Of a DNA stretch of 64,000 nt, positions 26,291-38,545 are shown piece after piece. The DNA lies in assembly GCF_036321535.1 (NCBI RefSeq), contig NC_087436.1, positions 106,084,001-106,148,000 of the forward strand, given 5' to 3'. The stretch's first letter is position 1; the number at the start of each line of letters is the position of its first letter. Origin of the DNA: Camelus dromedarius (taxonomy: Eukaryota). The notes under the pieces are model-generated. The model did no database searches. It saw nothing but the letters and a program-made list of their open reading frames with translations, and was not told where the DNA came from. The translations under genes and the position numbers were made by a program.

Positions 26291-26914
26291 TCAAGTTACT
26301 TCCTTCTATGGGTGTAACACACTGCAGTGTAGGCAGGAGGCTGGAGAGGTTGATGGAGATGTTAGATCCTGGAGGACGTTCTGCTCTGTGCTAATGAGCT
26401 CACTTTCCCTGTCTAGGATGGGAGGATGAGATTTACTGTCTTGCCAGCCGAAAACACATTTTCCAGCCGTCTCTGCCTTTTGACTCAAGTCCTGAGCCAA
26501 ACACCCCGATGACATCTTTTGCCCTTGGAGATGGTACCCTTTACCGTCCCCCTGGTGTTATCAATGGGTGTCTCTCAGTGAGGCAGATGTTTGAAACCCT
26601 GGGACTTGCTAAAATTAATGCAAATGTTCCAACTGCTGCAGCATCTGGGATGTTTCTAGAACATTTTGTCTCTCTGCCGGACAGAACAGTAAACTTTGAG
26701 TGAAGAAAGGTCTTACTGTTATTGGAACAAACAAATCATTTCAACTAGCTAATTTAATTATAGTTGTTCCATTGTTTCTCAAAGCTTACCATTTTATGTA
26801 TTTCCTTTGTGCTTTTATGTCCAGGCAAATATCTCCTCTGTGTTTGGTTGTCAAAAACTAGTAGTATATTTTATTTATATGAAATTTTATTCTTGTTTGG
26901 AAGATAATTTTGCC

Positions 26915-27140
26915 CAGTGATTAACAGGTTTCAGAGTCAGAAAGACCTGGATAAAATCCTAGCTCTGCCATCACTTAGACAGGTTATCCAGTTACCTCAG
27001 GTAAGAAATGAGGATAACACCATTCTACCACATAGATCGCTATAAAGAGTCAATAAAATTAATGAGCTAATGCTTACAAAATGCACAGATAGTACATGAT
27101 ACGTACCAAGTGTTCAATAAATTAGCTACTCCTATTATAT
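26915..27140 (+). mobile_element. MIR SINE
   Basis: cagagtcagaaagacctggataaaatcctagctctgcca...aaatgaggataacaccattctacc...aatgagctaatgcttacaaaatgc...aagtgttcaataaa. Confidence 0.75.
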
Positions 27141-29237
27141 GTAAAATAAAATTATAATAAAATATAACAGACATTTAGATAAAGTCCAAACTAAGAACTC
27201 TTTTGGGGAATTGCTGCTTCTTTTTCCTGTCTCTCTTTAAATCTATGACTCCCAGCCTCTCTCACTGTTTAATTTTGTGATCTCTCCTCTTTAAAAATTT
27301 CATCTAGAAAGTGGAATGAACCAAGATTTAATTTGTCTGTGGATTTAAAAAAAAGACTGTTGCAGTTTTTGAGTAAATGTTGGAGACAGCCTCATTTTCT
27401 TTTCCCCATCTGGAGTAGGATGTGTTATTTCTTTTAGTAGTTTCTGGAGTTGTACAAAGGAATTGTAAAACAAGGGGGCTTATTTCTTAAGAAGTGAAAG
27501 TTTTAAACTTCGTGGCTAAAATCAGCCCAAAGAGAGAAATCTCTTCTTCTTAAAGGTGGGACCCTCTTCCTGGATGTTGTCATTGGGAAGGGCCCCTCCA
27601 AGGGGCTTCTCAGCAGGAGGGGTGGGATGGCGGATGGTAGAGCCCCAGAGCATGGCAATGGCTTTATGGTTCACGTCTGAGTGACTTCCAATTCCAGGCC
27701 CAAGGCACCACTCACAGAGCATCAAATATTCAGACATCATTCCTCCCCCCACATTTTTAACTAGCCTCTAAACTGTCCACATCTGGGGGAGGGGAGATGG
27801 GCCTCTGGAGTCCAGCCAGCGGCTGCAGGTGTTCAGTGATGGTGGATAAGCATTAAGGGAATAATGGCGACACCGCAGTGACTGATTGACTGTGAACTGA
27901 GCAGGACCCCTCCCCTGAGACTTTATCTTGATGGTGGCTCTCATGGGGTGGAGGCAGCGATGCAAATGGGTGACAGGAAACTGACTCCATCACTAAACAG
28001 TTCAGGGGAAGCAAGAGCCCAGTATGATGGAGCAGATAACCTGGTTGCTGTCGTTTGTGAGATTCTGCCTGGGGAAGTGGCAATCCCAGCCTGCAGGCAT
28101 CCGTCTGACAGCCGCTCTCAGTGTTGGAGAGAGATTCTGGACGGTTGCTGCCAGACGACAAGAGCTCAGAGCATGCCAGCCCAGGTGTGGCCACCCCCAG
28201 CCACGCGCTGGCACTTGCAAGAATACATAGCCGTCTCCCTGGCTCCATTTCCAAGGGGCATGGGACCGTGAAACATCTCCAGGACGTTTGGACTGGTACC
28301 AGGCCCCCGTCTGCTCACCTTTCTGCCATCACATCACTATTTCTGATTCAGTCAAAATTCGAAATCTCAGGAGAAAATAAGTACCCCTCTTACTCCACCC
28401 AGACAGCACTACAGTTGTTTTAATTGGAGGAGGACTATAGGCTCCCCATCTTGGACTTGGTGATGGCACTAGAAAAGGCTGACCTTATGCATGCGTGTCT
28501 CAGTCCAGGCGGGGTCAAAGGTGGGCAGCAAGGCAGGTCCTCGGGACACCAATCTCAAAGGGACATTTCAACAGCACTGGGGGTGAAAGGAAGCTGATGT
28601 CTGGTTTACCAGAACTCCACTCAGGACAAAGACTAAACTGTGGTTGGAAAGAGCGCCATCATTGTGCAGCTTGGTGGGGAGAGCCTGTCATCTCAAGAGG
28701 CGCATTGAGTAACAGTGGGTGTTTCCTAAACTGCCTTCTGCGGAGGATGGAAGCAGTTAACTGGTTTGCTGAACAGGATGTGGAAGGTCGGGCCAGAGCG
28801 CAGTTGCTGGAGACGTGGTAGAAAAGACTGAGTACTGCTATGTCTTGTGTGCTTCCTATCTGAAGCTCTCTGTCACTCTTCTAAATAAGTATTTAACCAA
28901 CGTTTCAATGCCTTTTGCAGAAGATGACAAATTGTCCACTGTTTGGGGAACCCAAATGACTTGGTTCAGCTCTGCATCCTGGCAGAGGTGACAGAAGCCA
29001 CCTCCTTCTTCCCTTTCTGGCTCCCTCCTTGAGGCACTACCATGCACCTGCCATCTTCCCCATGCCCTCCGGAGTGTGAGGGAACTGGTGTGAATGGTCA
29101 TGACCAGGGTTTTCCACACTCATCATGGAATCTCTTTTTCCTATGACAACTATTACCACTCAGTCTTTTGTGTACCAGGCTTGCCAAGAATCTGGTCAAG
29201 CTGTTTGTTAATTCCCAGAGCAGGTGGTCTGTGACAT

Positions 29238-29701
29238 TGACTGACTGATTGACTGAAGCATAGTTGATTTACAATGTTGTGTTAGTCTCTGGTGTACAGC
29301 ATAATGATTCAACTATATATATATAGTTGAATATATATATATATATTCTTTTTCATTATAGGTCACTATAAGTTATTGAATATAGCTCCCTGTGCTATAC
29401 ATTAGGACCTTGTTTATCTATTCTGTATATGGTAGTTTGTATCTGCTAATCCCAAACTCCCAGTATATCCCTTCTTCCCCCTTTCCTTTTGGTAACCATA
29501 AATTTGTTTTCTATATCTGTGAGTCTGTTGCTATTTTGTAAATAAATTCATTTGTGTCATTTTTTAAGGTTCCACATATAAATGATATCATGTGATATTT
29601 GTCTTTCTCTGACTCATTTCACTTAATATGATAACCTCTAGGTCCATCCATGTGGCTGCAAATGGCATTATTTCATTCTTTTTATGGCTGAGTAGTATTC
29701 C

Positions 29702-29744
<43 letters not shown>

Positions 29745-29785
29745 CACAACTTCTTTATCCAATCATCTGTCGATGGACATTTAGG
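29238..29785 (-). mobile_element. 5'-truncated LINE-1 3' UTR (older laurasiatherian/artiodactyl L1)
   Basis: tgaagcatagttgatttacaatgttgtgttagtctctggtgtacagc...ggtaaccataaatttgttttctat...ggctgcaaatggcattatttcattctttttatggctgagtagtattccattg...gatggacatttagg; homologous to the L1 at 2874-3660. Confidence 0.9.
29704..29741. repeat. (TG)n microsatellite inside L1
   Basis: Perfect run of about 18 TG units. Confidence 0.95.
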
Positions 29786-30679
29786 TTTTTATTCTTTAGA
29801 AAAGCATTTCTTGGACATTTGCTGTATGTCAGTTGCTTCTGTGTGCCCTCCCAACATTTTAGATTCAAGATGTCTCTGGATAAATTTATCATTTATCATT
29901 CTCCCATCTATACACTGGAAAACTTGTTTCTGTTGATTGTCCATGTTTGTATCAGTGGCACCAGCACTTTCTCCCAGTCACTCAAGATTAAGGCCTTAGA
30001 GTAGTCACGAATGCTTTCCTTTTTTGAGTATGTCATTGACTTTAACAATTTTTAAAAAACTTGTCTTTATACAAACGTTACACATTTCTTGTAAAAACAT
30101 TAGAAGAGCACATGTTAGCTAAAAATGGGAAGAAGATTCCTTGCCATTTCAAATCAGTTGCCAAGCTCTGTTGGGTCTGTCTTTCCCTGTTCTCTTCTAT
30201 TAGTCCCTTTTCTTGTCCCCATGGTATCATCCAACACCCTCCATTGCTCACATCCTCACACTTGAACAGTGACAGCAGCCTCTACCTACGTATCACCAGC
30301 TCCCTGCACTCTAGTGTCCCCGTGGCCACTTCTGTGAAGGTGTGGAATGGTCTAGAGAGGACCCTAGGATCAAGAATGGAAGTTAGATCTCTACATTTTC
30401 TCAACAAACTGTTAATACTACCCTTGTCTCTCTGGTAGTTAAGGCGGCGTTACAGTTCTTGACTCAATTTAATTATCTACTGTTTCTTATGAAGACAGAT
30501 GTGCCACATGCCAGTTGAAGTTTTGCTTGAGATTCTGGAAGAAAATACCGAGGGGACAAAAAAGTTCTTCACTGATGCTTCTCCCTGCTTCAGCACATCA
30601 CACGCAGGCATCCACACATTACCTCCGTTCCAGAGTCGGCCGAGGGCTGCCCCGGACTCTGTGGGATGGAGATGTAATA

Positions 30680-30835
30680 TAGAGGACCTGCTATGTGTTG
30701 GGCACGTTGCACATGCTACCTCTTATGCAGTCTTTACGACAGAGGTAGATATATTACTTAGTTCTGTTTTAAGATGAGGGGTAGGCACAAATAATGTGCT
30801 CAGGGTCCCAGGCTCGAAACCAGGTCTTGATGCCT
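30680..30835 (-). mobile_element. MIR SINE
   Basis: gacctgctatgtgttgggcac...gaggtagatatattactagttctgttttaagatgagg...ggcaca. Confidence 0.6.
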
Positions 30836-33664
30836 GGTGAGCTCTCTCAGTTGGGGAGAATCTTGGATGATCAGAAAATGCAAGGGGCACTCCTCACTTA
30901 ATCACTTCCTGGGTAAGATTTTCTTCCTACCCTTTTTCTGGTAGTAAGTTTTGTTTGTAGATTCTGGAAATTGTCCCTTTAAATCCACTTGAACATTTGA
31001 GTAAAAAGAGGCCAGGGTCTGTGATTTTTTTGTTTTTATGTTTCATGGAAGAAACAATTTGGGCCAGAAAAAACAACACAAAACAAAACACTGAAGGGCA
31101 AAAAAATTCTCAGTGGATTTTTTTTCAATTATTGAAGAACCTCATTATCTCCTCAGAAAAATCAAAAGAGCTGATTTTGAGTAAGTCAGCTCCATGAGGT
31201 ACCATCTTCTGGGAAGTCAGCAGCAAAACGATAGGCCTTTGGTGTGAGGTGCCTTCACACAGTAGAGAGGTCTGGTCAGACTGGATAAATGATACCCACC
31301 TGAGATACACTGGGTGAAACTACGTGCCTCAGAGGTCTGCACACACATTGTAACAGGAGCTGGAAAAAGTTGATTGAGTTGCATTCTCCACTGCACCTAG
31401 CCCCATGCCTGTGACATTTCGTTTATCTCACTCTGTGCAGCCTGGGGTGGGCTACGAGAACAAATGGGACGTGGGCTTTGTCCTTTCTGTAGGAAAGCAG
31501 TTTCTCACAAAGATATCCAGTGTGTGACAGTCTGATTTGCTTCGTACGGTAAATGCTCAATGCATGTTTCTTACATTAACCCCACGTGGGCACTTCCCTA
31601 CTATGGCCGTCTTGGCCACTCCCTCTGGACCCACAGGAGTGAGGAGAACCCTGGACGTTCACACAATGTTATTTCATTTTCCCTCCCACCTCTTCCCTGA
31701 CAAACCTTGCTAAGTTTCTTTGAAAACTCTTCATTTTTGTCTCCTTTTTCTTCCATAGTAAGTACAGCATTATTTTTAAAATTGCACATAAACTCCTTTA
31801 AGAAGATATTAAACCCCCCTTGATAAAAAAGTAAATTCAAAAGATGACGAGATGAAGGTCATTAGCAAAGGCAAGATTCACTACCAGGATTGTCTGATTC
31901 TAAGCACTTTTTTTTCCTCTCTCTCTCAAGAAGGACCCTAGTACATTCTTGTAGAAATCATTTAATGAGGCCCACACACCATTATTTCGATCCGTAGAAT
32001 TCAGCTTGGGTCTTCCTAAACTGACCAGATACCAGCATCCTCCACGTCCCATGGCAGTGCGGACAAGCCGTTCTCTCTGGGTGTGGCTCTGACTCTCTGT
32101 GTGACATGGGAGCTGACAAGGTAGTGGGGAAATCACAGGAGGGGCTGAAGCCATGTGTTCATTGATAGCCTGGGCATATAATGGGGAGACAGGCCCGCTC
32201 TCTCCCCAGACTACACTCAGCGTCTCTGGGGAGGAGGAGCAGGGCAGTGAGTATTTCCTTCTTCTGCTCTGAGATTCGGTGCCCCCAGCAGGTGCACTTA
32301 GAGTTCTCTATCATAGTGATGGGCATTCTTTTCCTCCTCTGGACCTCTGGGTTGAAGCCACAGACTTGAAGACCCCTGGCTCAGAGCCATTCAAGGATGC
32401 TGCTTACCAAGAGTAAGGGGCAGCCTACCTGGAGTGTGTCTGGATTCCGAGTCGCCTGACTCCCCTGGGTAATTTCTGCCGTTTAGATACTTTGCCTTTC
32501 CCCCTCTTTGCTCTCAGGGAAATGGTTTGCTTTTCTGCTTTCAAAGCTTTACCTGTTTTGGGGAGAGCATTTCAACTATGGCAGGAGAATTAAGGATGAG
32601 CGTTCCAGGGCCGAGGCTGTCTCCCCTTAGCACCCCTGCTGCTTGTCCTGCGGCAGATGGACCCAAGTGGCCTCTGCTGGAGGGGCCATCACACTCTACA
32701 GACAGCTGGAATGTTCGGAGGGTAAGACGGAGAAGGCGGCACCATCTAGCCAAGGGAGGATTGCAGGAGAGTCTGGAAACCCCTGTCTTCACCATTGTGT
32801 AGCTGTCAGTTGGAGTCCATCTCACAGGGTAACATTACCCACCTCTTAGGTTCATATGCTCTCCTCCCCTTCTCCATGGTCCAAATCCTCCAAAGGCCTT
32901 TCTAGAACACTCGATGCTGTAATTCTTTCTGCCCCACTTGTATACACTGGGCAAGGTTGTCAAGGCGTGTTTTAGTAAAACCCCTCCACCCTCTTTGGCT
33001 TTCCTAAATCCTTTGGAAAATAATGTGAAAGAATGCTGTTGTTTTCAGGGAAGCATGTCATTTGTTTTACCGGTCTGTAGTTGATTAATTTGCAAATGAT
33101 ATTCCCAATAAAGTGCTTAGAAGTAGATAATTACAAGTATATTAACAGTTCCCGGGGAAGCAGATGGTATTCTGAGGAGCTGCCATGTAGCATTACTGCT
33201 GACGCTCCACCGTAATGTACCGTCTACCCCAGAAAACCACCACAACAAGCGCAAATCCTGCTGATATTCCAGATTGGGAGGAAATTGTGCTTTTTGCCTC
33301 ACATTCCGTTCTTATCGGAATTTTTATGTGTGTTTTCTTCATCGCTCCAGTGCTCAGTGAACTGGGACATTTTACGTTGAGTCCCATAACTCTCCAACTC
33401 TGCAATTCTGAATTAGCCCCATTATTAAGGCTGCACGAAGCAAGTTTTTAAACTCTTCGTCAGTGTTCCTTCTACCATGCCAGATATTTTTAAGTGTAGG
33501 TTATTCCGTACAAACATATAATTTCTATTTCCTAAATTACCTGAACCAACATGCCATGTTATATAATCAATGAAGAATTTTTGGGTGCGGAAGACTCTCT
33601 GCCTTTTTCTTTCTCTTTCTGTGTCAAACACACATACTCAGGCACGCACACGTGCGAGTGTGCA

Positions 33665-33666
<2 letters not shown>

Positions 33667-33695
<29 letters not shown>
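33667..33695. repeat. (CA)n microsatellite
   Basis: Perfect CA run of about 14 units. Confidence 0.95.
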
Positions 33696-33697
<2 letters not shown>

Positions 33698-34444
33698 ATG
33701 TCTAGTTAGCATCATATTTTATCGAGCTACTTGATAAAAAAGGATCATTTTTCAGCTTCCAGTTCTCGGGAGAAAGGCTGCAAAATCTGTACATCTATGC
33801 ATCAGGAGTTGTCCTTCTTAAGTAGGCTGGAGTTACATAACCGTTATGTAGACAAGGTTATATATGCAATAGGTCATGGGAGTTCAAGTCAAATGTGCAT
33901 TCGTGCTCTGGTCAGCTGAAGACCGTTGAGCCGTGGAGAAGAGCCTGTAGCTCAGCCAGTGTGATGTGGAGCCTTTTGGGGACCACGGACAGATCTTTGC
34001 TCCAGGTCAGGCTAGCAGTGGGCCACCAGCAAGGCCTCTACCTTCAGTTGCTGTCACCTTTGAATCACTGTTGGCCTGGAGAGGCTCTGCCCAGGCCATC
34101 ACAATAAACCTGGAATGACCATGCTCTTACTTGCCCAAGTCCATGGTCAGGCCTGCTAAGAGAAAAGGAAAGGATGGTGACCAGTGTTTTCTCTGCTCTC
34201 CGTGGGTGAGAATGGGCTAGGAGACTGTGTGTGGGCCACTGAGTGCTTTGTGCTTATTTAAAGCTGTCTCAGAGCATATGTTCACTGGCTTTTCTAGAAG
34301 CAGGCCTTGTGGTTCTCGCTGGGGGCTTACACATTAGGGGGCTTAGTTCAATATGCAAGTAGGCTCCAGGATTCCCAACAAGTTGCCCAATTATCACCAT
34401 AAGCCTTTTTTACTGTTGATGTACACTAGAAACTTTTTGTTTTA

Positions 34445-34690
34445 GCTGCCATTTTTTGTGAGAGTACCCTGTACCAGGCAGTGTGAGGACTGCTTTGAAT
34501 GCATCATTCCATGTAATTCTCGCAATATTCTATAGAACATACAATAGCTGTTATTTCACCAAAGAAGAAATAGGTAGGTTTCAGAGAGGTTAGGTAACTG
34601 GTTCAAGGTCACAGAGCTAAAAAGTGCCAGAGTTGCGATTGAATCTCTCATCTGCCTGCCACCAAATCCAGCCTCTTAATTGTGACATTC
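34445..34690 (-). mobile_element. MIR SINE
   Basis: ctgtaccaggcagtgtg...ttcagagaggttaggtaactggttcaaggtcacagagctaaaaagtgccagagttgcgattgaa. Confidence 0.8.
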
Positions 34691-34779
34691 CTCAGTATTC
34701 GGTTATTTTATGAAGTTAATTCAATGAATGTAATTAAAATTACCTAGATTATTTTTTATAGTTCCATGCAGGTATCAAA

Positions 34780-35170
34780 GGTGCCTGGATCGTCAAACAA
34801 TGCACATTCTTGATTTTACATTGGTTATGCTCAGGGATCAAGGAAACAAAGACTATGGGAAAGGCATGGAAGATGTGGCTTGACCAGAAGGTTGGAGTCA
34901 GATTGGGAAAGATCTTGACAGTCAGATGAAGGAATCTGCACAGCATCCTGTAGGCTGTGAGGAAGCCACAGGAGTTCACGCAAGTGAGTCTCATGATCAG
35001 AGGAGATTTTTCAGAAAGAGTTTAGAAAGAAGATGTTTCAGGGAAAGGTGGGGCCGTAGGCAGGCAGTCTAGTTAGGAAGACTTTGGAACAATGCAGATG
35101 AGTGGTGCTAAGGTGCTGGATGGCATGGGTGATGGAAACAGTAGGAGAGAGCATCACAGAGGTAGAATAT
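34780..35170 (-). mobile_element. L2 body fragment
   Basis: ggttggagtcagattgggaaagatcttgacagtcagatgaagga...atcctgtaggctgtgaggaagcca...gttaggaagactttggaacaatgcagatgag. Confidence 0.6.
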
Positions 35171-35194
35171 GCCAGTGCAAGAGTGACAGTAGCT

Positions 35195-35420
35195 GACTCT
35201 TATCATCCTATGAGCAGCTGTCTGGCACTGTATTAAGCATTTTTAAAAAATGTATGAGCTCATTTAATCCTTACAATACCCCTATGAAGTATGTTGTATG
35301 ATTTCCCCTACTTTACAGATGAGGATGCAGAGAGGCAAAGAGTGCCCAAGGTGATACCATGTATAAGGGGCTGTGCCTGAATTCAGTCTCAGCCCCTATC
35401 ACTCCAGAGCTTGAGATCTG
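35195..35420 (-). mobile_element. MIR SINE
   Basis: tggcactgtattaagcatttt...gctcatttaatccttacaatacccctatgaagta...ctactttacagatgagga. Confidence 0.8.
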
Positions 35421-35853
35421 GCTAACAGGGTATCAGACCCTGGACCAAGGTGGGGTGTTAGGGTCCCACTCACCTTTTCCTAGACATGCCAGCCACGCAT
35501 GCTACAGGGACATGTACCCCTCTCTCCCTAGGACAAAGTGCATGTCTGGCACACGGGGAGAGAATTGGCATCAGTGAGTAAGATGATTCTGTTTGCCCCC
35601 TCTTGGATCCTGGCAGCTCGTTCAACATCCAGATTTCTTTCTATTTACCTCCCTTAGGTAGGAATGACCTTCTATATTGGAGTCTCTGGTGAAATGGAGA
35701 TCAGAAGACTTGGGTTTAGGATTGTCTCTGTAACATAAAAGCATGTTTTTGGGCACATGACTTAAGGTCTGTGAGTTTCAGGTTTCTCATGGTGAAAGTG
35801 AGGATGAGAATATGTATTCATCTAATTACGCTTTGAAAGAATGGAGAGTAACA

Positions 35854-35984
35854 GGGAGGGTGTAGCTCAAGTGGCAGAGCGCATGCTTAGCGTGCATGAG
35901 GTCCTGGGTTCGATCCCTAGTATCTCCTCTAAAAATAAATAAATAAACCTAATTGCCTCTCCCCCTCCAAAAAAAATAAATAAA
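35854..35984 (+). mobile_element. tRNA-Ala-derived SINE (camelid Vic-1-like)
   Basis: gggagggtgtagctcaagtggcagagcgcatgcttagcgtgcatgaggtcctgggttcgatccctagtatctcc with A box and B box, (aaat)n-CT-rich-A tail, 14-bp TSD aaagaatggagagt (35836-35849/35985-35998). Confidence 0.9.
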
Positions 35985-36414
35985 AAAGAATGGAGAGTGA
36001 GCACCTACTATGAGCCGTGCACGTGCTAGAGGGGCGCTGGGGATACCAAGACATGAGCAAGTCACAGGACGTGCTCTCAGGAGTTCAGCGTCTGGTGGCT
36101 GATCTAAGGAAGTAAATAAGCAGTTGCAATTCAAAGAATCAAGGAGATAATATTCATTACAGTTTTTAAAAATCAAAAGTGCTTTAAAATGGTGTGCTAT
36201 TACTGTTATTAACTCTATTAGGGAGCGTGAGAGGAGAAAATCAGAAAATGCCAGAGACACCCAGGTTGGGGCTGAGTTCCCCAGATCTCCAAGGCTCCCA
36301 CTGGGAGAAGTTACAAGAGTGTGGGCCCTCCAAGGAGGGTGCCATGCCCCCCGCCTGCTTTTGACCTTTGTGAAGAGTGCTTGCATGAACACACTTCACT
36401 TTCAAAAGTTTAGA

Positions 36415-36610
36415 AATACGCACTTGGAATTGTAGATGATCAAGCATGAATCCCTGGCCGTAAGCGTGGGAGAATTGTGCTGATCTGGGCACGCGCAGGG
36501 CCACGTGCCCTGCAGTTTGACGTCAGCACCGTCCGGGAGGCACACAGTGTCTGGGCCCCTCTGCGTGGTTAGTCTGTGATGCAATGTGCTTTCACGGCCT
36601 GTGAATCAAT
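36415..36610. promoter_or_regulatory. CpG-retaining patch with canonical CRE and E-box (candidate enhancer or alternative promoter)
   Basis: CACGTG 36502-36507, TGACGTCA 36518-36525, about 11 CpGs in under 200 bp in an otherwise CpG-depleted window. Confidence 0.45.
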
Positions 36611-36914
36611 TACCTCCAGGAAAAGAAAAAAAAAAAAAAACAACCCAACGAACACCATGCTGATGAACTGGCTATACCACTGTTGAAATTCCTGATTTTG
36701 CAATATTTAAGCACTTTCTCAGCTAAGATGGTGAAATAGGGTAAGCAGAAAATAAAAAGCCACATGGCGTCATTAGAATCAAGCCCTTTCCTTTTTGAAT
36801 GTTGACCTTTGAGTTTCCAAAATGGGCAAAGGAGTAATTATCAGGAATACCTTTGATAAAAGGTTGTACAGTCACAATTTTGGAAAACAACTTTGTATTT
36901 ATAAATCCTTTGTA

Positions 36915-37290
36915 TTTTTGGTAGCACTTTAATATCCATTTTCTAATTTAATCCTTCATTCCAACTCTGTAAAGTAGATGGAATATTCATCATTCGATTA
37001 TAGATGAAGACAGTCAGGACAGAGAATTTGTGACCTGTCCCAGGCCCTTACGCCTAAAACAGAGGGGAAAGGGAAGAGGGTAAAGGCCATGAATATTCAG
37101 TGAGTAGCTACCATGTGCTTAGGTGTTTAATACACATTTGAATTTAATTCACCACACAGTCCTGGGGGGCTGACTATTCTTATTCCTATTTTACAGACAC
37201 TTAAACCAAGGTCATACATTTAATATTTAGAGGCTGAGTTGGGAATTGGATCCCAGATCTCCTTAATTCCAAATCTATAGCTCTTTCTCT
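36915..37290 (-). mobile_element. Two tandem MIR fragments
   Basis: taatttaatccttcattccaactctgtaaagtag...atagatgaaga...tgacctgtcccagg; tgagtagctaccatgtgc...tattcttattcctattttacagac...ccaaggtcatac. Confidence 0.65.
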
Positions 37291-37599
37291 ACATTTCCAA
37301 CTTACGTATTTTTACTGTTCTGAGCGTTTGCCTTCGGTTAATGTGTACTTGTTCATACACAAATTACTTGCATGCACTAGTGTGCTACTACTTTAGGATC
37401 ACAAAACATACACAAGAAATGGAAACATCAAGGGGCAGGCAGATGAACAGAAGACATACCATTTTCTTCCTGCTCTTCACTTTGGAGACTACCATCTAGG
37501 TAGGCTATGCTCCTTTCTTGGCAATTTAGAAGCATAAAGTTCATTCTATGGCTCATTCTCTTAGAAAAATCCACTAGGCAGCATAGGGCTATTTTAAGG

Positions 37600-37822
37600 C
37601 AGGGATTCTCAACAGTGAACAGTATTGACATTTTGGACCAGAGAACTCTTTGTTGTGAGGGGCTCTGCATTGTAGGATGTTTACAGGGGCATCCCTGGCC
37701 TTTAAGCACCAGATGCCAGTAGCATACCCTTACCAAGTCACAGAGAAAAATGTCTCCAGGCACTGCCAGATGTCTCCTGTTGGGGGTGGGGGAGCAAACT
37801 CATCCCCAGTTGAGAACCACCA
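37600..37822 (+). mobile_element. Full-length MER20 hAT-Charlie MITE
   Basis: TIRs cagggattctcaac / gttgagaaccacca; 8-bp TSD ttttaagg (37592-37599) vs ttttaggg (37823-37830); body tattgacattttggaccag...ccagatgccagtagca...aaaaatgtctccaggcactgccagatgtc. Confidence 0.92.
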
Positions 37823-38119
37823 TTTTAGGGTGATCAGTAGGAATGTTCTCTTCCTTGCTAATGCCCAAGACGAAGGCGTCAGGCAGCCCAGTTTGGAAGA
37901 AACTTTTTCTTGCCCATTGAAGTTCATCCGGAGGACCCTCAGGCTCGGTTCCAGCCTGTATCCAGCAGCTCCTGAGACTGGCCAGCCAGAACGGAGGTCC
38001 AGCTGTTCAGTGATGCTGTCAGCCTCGGGATGGCTCCTGTCTCCATGCATATCACATCTAATTTTAACGTCTTGCGCTTCACTGCCAATGGACTTTGACA
38101 AAGCCCAGTGTGGAAGACC

Positions 38120-38545
38120 ATAGTGGTCCAGCGTGGGGCAGAATCAGGTAGACCTGTGTTCAAATCTGTCTTCTGCTATTAGTATCTATGGTCTTGAACA
38201 ATTCCCTTGACCTCCCTAAGCCCGTCTTTCCTCATCATGGTAAGACGAATAAGGGAGGGGAACACTTGTATCATAGGGCTACAGTATTTAGCACAGTAAT
38301 GATTACTGGCTCTTAATAAACATAGTAGCTGTTATTTTGATTATGACGATGATTGTGTAAAATGCTTGGACTCTTGCCTGGCATATAGTAAGCACTCAAT
38401 GAATGATCCAATGTTTCTGAGTTTGGTGAGTTTGACTAGACATTCCATGAAATAGGGACAAGATCTGTCTTACTTATCACCTGATCTTCATTCAGCCTGG
38501 CTTATAATAGGTGGTCAATAATTGTTTGCTGTGAATCTATGAATG
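38120..38545 (+). mobile_element. MIR SINE followed by L2 3' tail
   Basis: tagtggtccagcgtggggcagaatcaggtagacctgtgttcaaatc...tttcctcatc...tgcctggcatatagtaagcactcaatgaatg; cagcctggcttataataggtggtcaataattgtttgctgtgaat. Confidence 0.75.

Noticed and set aside
26720..26775. Possible pre-miRNA hairpin (tggaacaa...ttgttcca; caacta/tagttg)
   Set aside because: Stems are only 6-8 bp and compete with each other; there is no continuous ~30-bp stem.
33215..33451. 78-aa ORF with a hydrophobic TM-like stretch
   Set aside because: No promoter or splice support and no recognisable homology; T-rich non-coding DNA commonly gives such stretches.
35854..35927. tRNA-Ala(AGC) gene
   Set aside because: The acceptor stem is poorly paired, it has an A-rich tail and a 14-bp TSD, and a second family member lies at 61848-61994, so it is a SINE.
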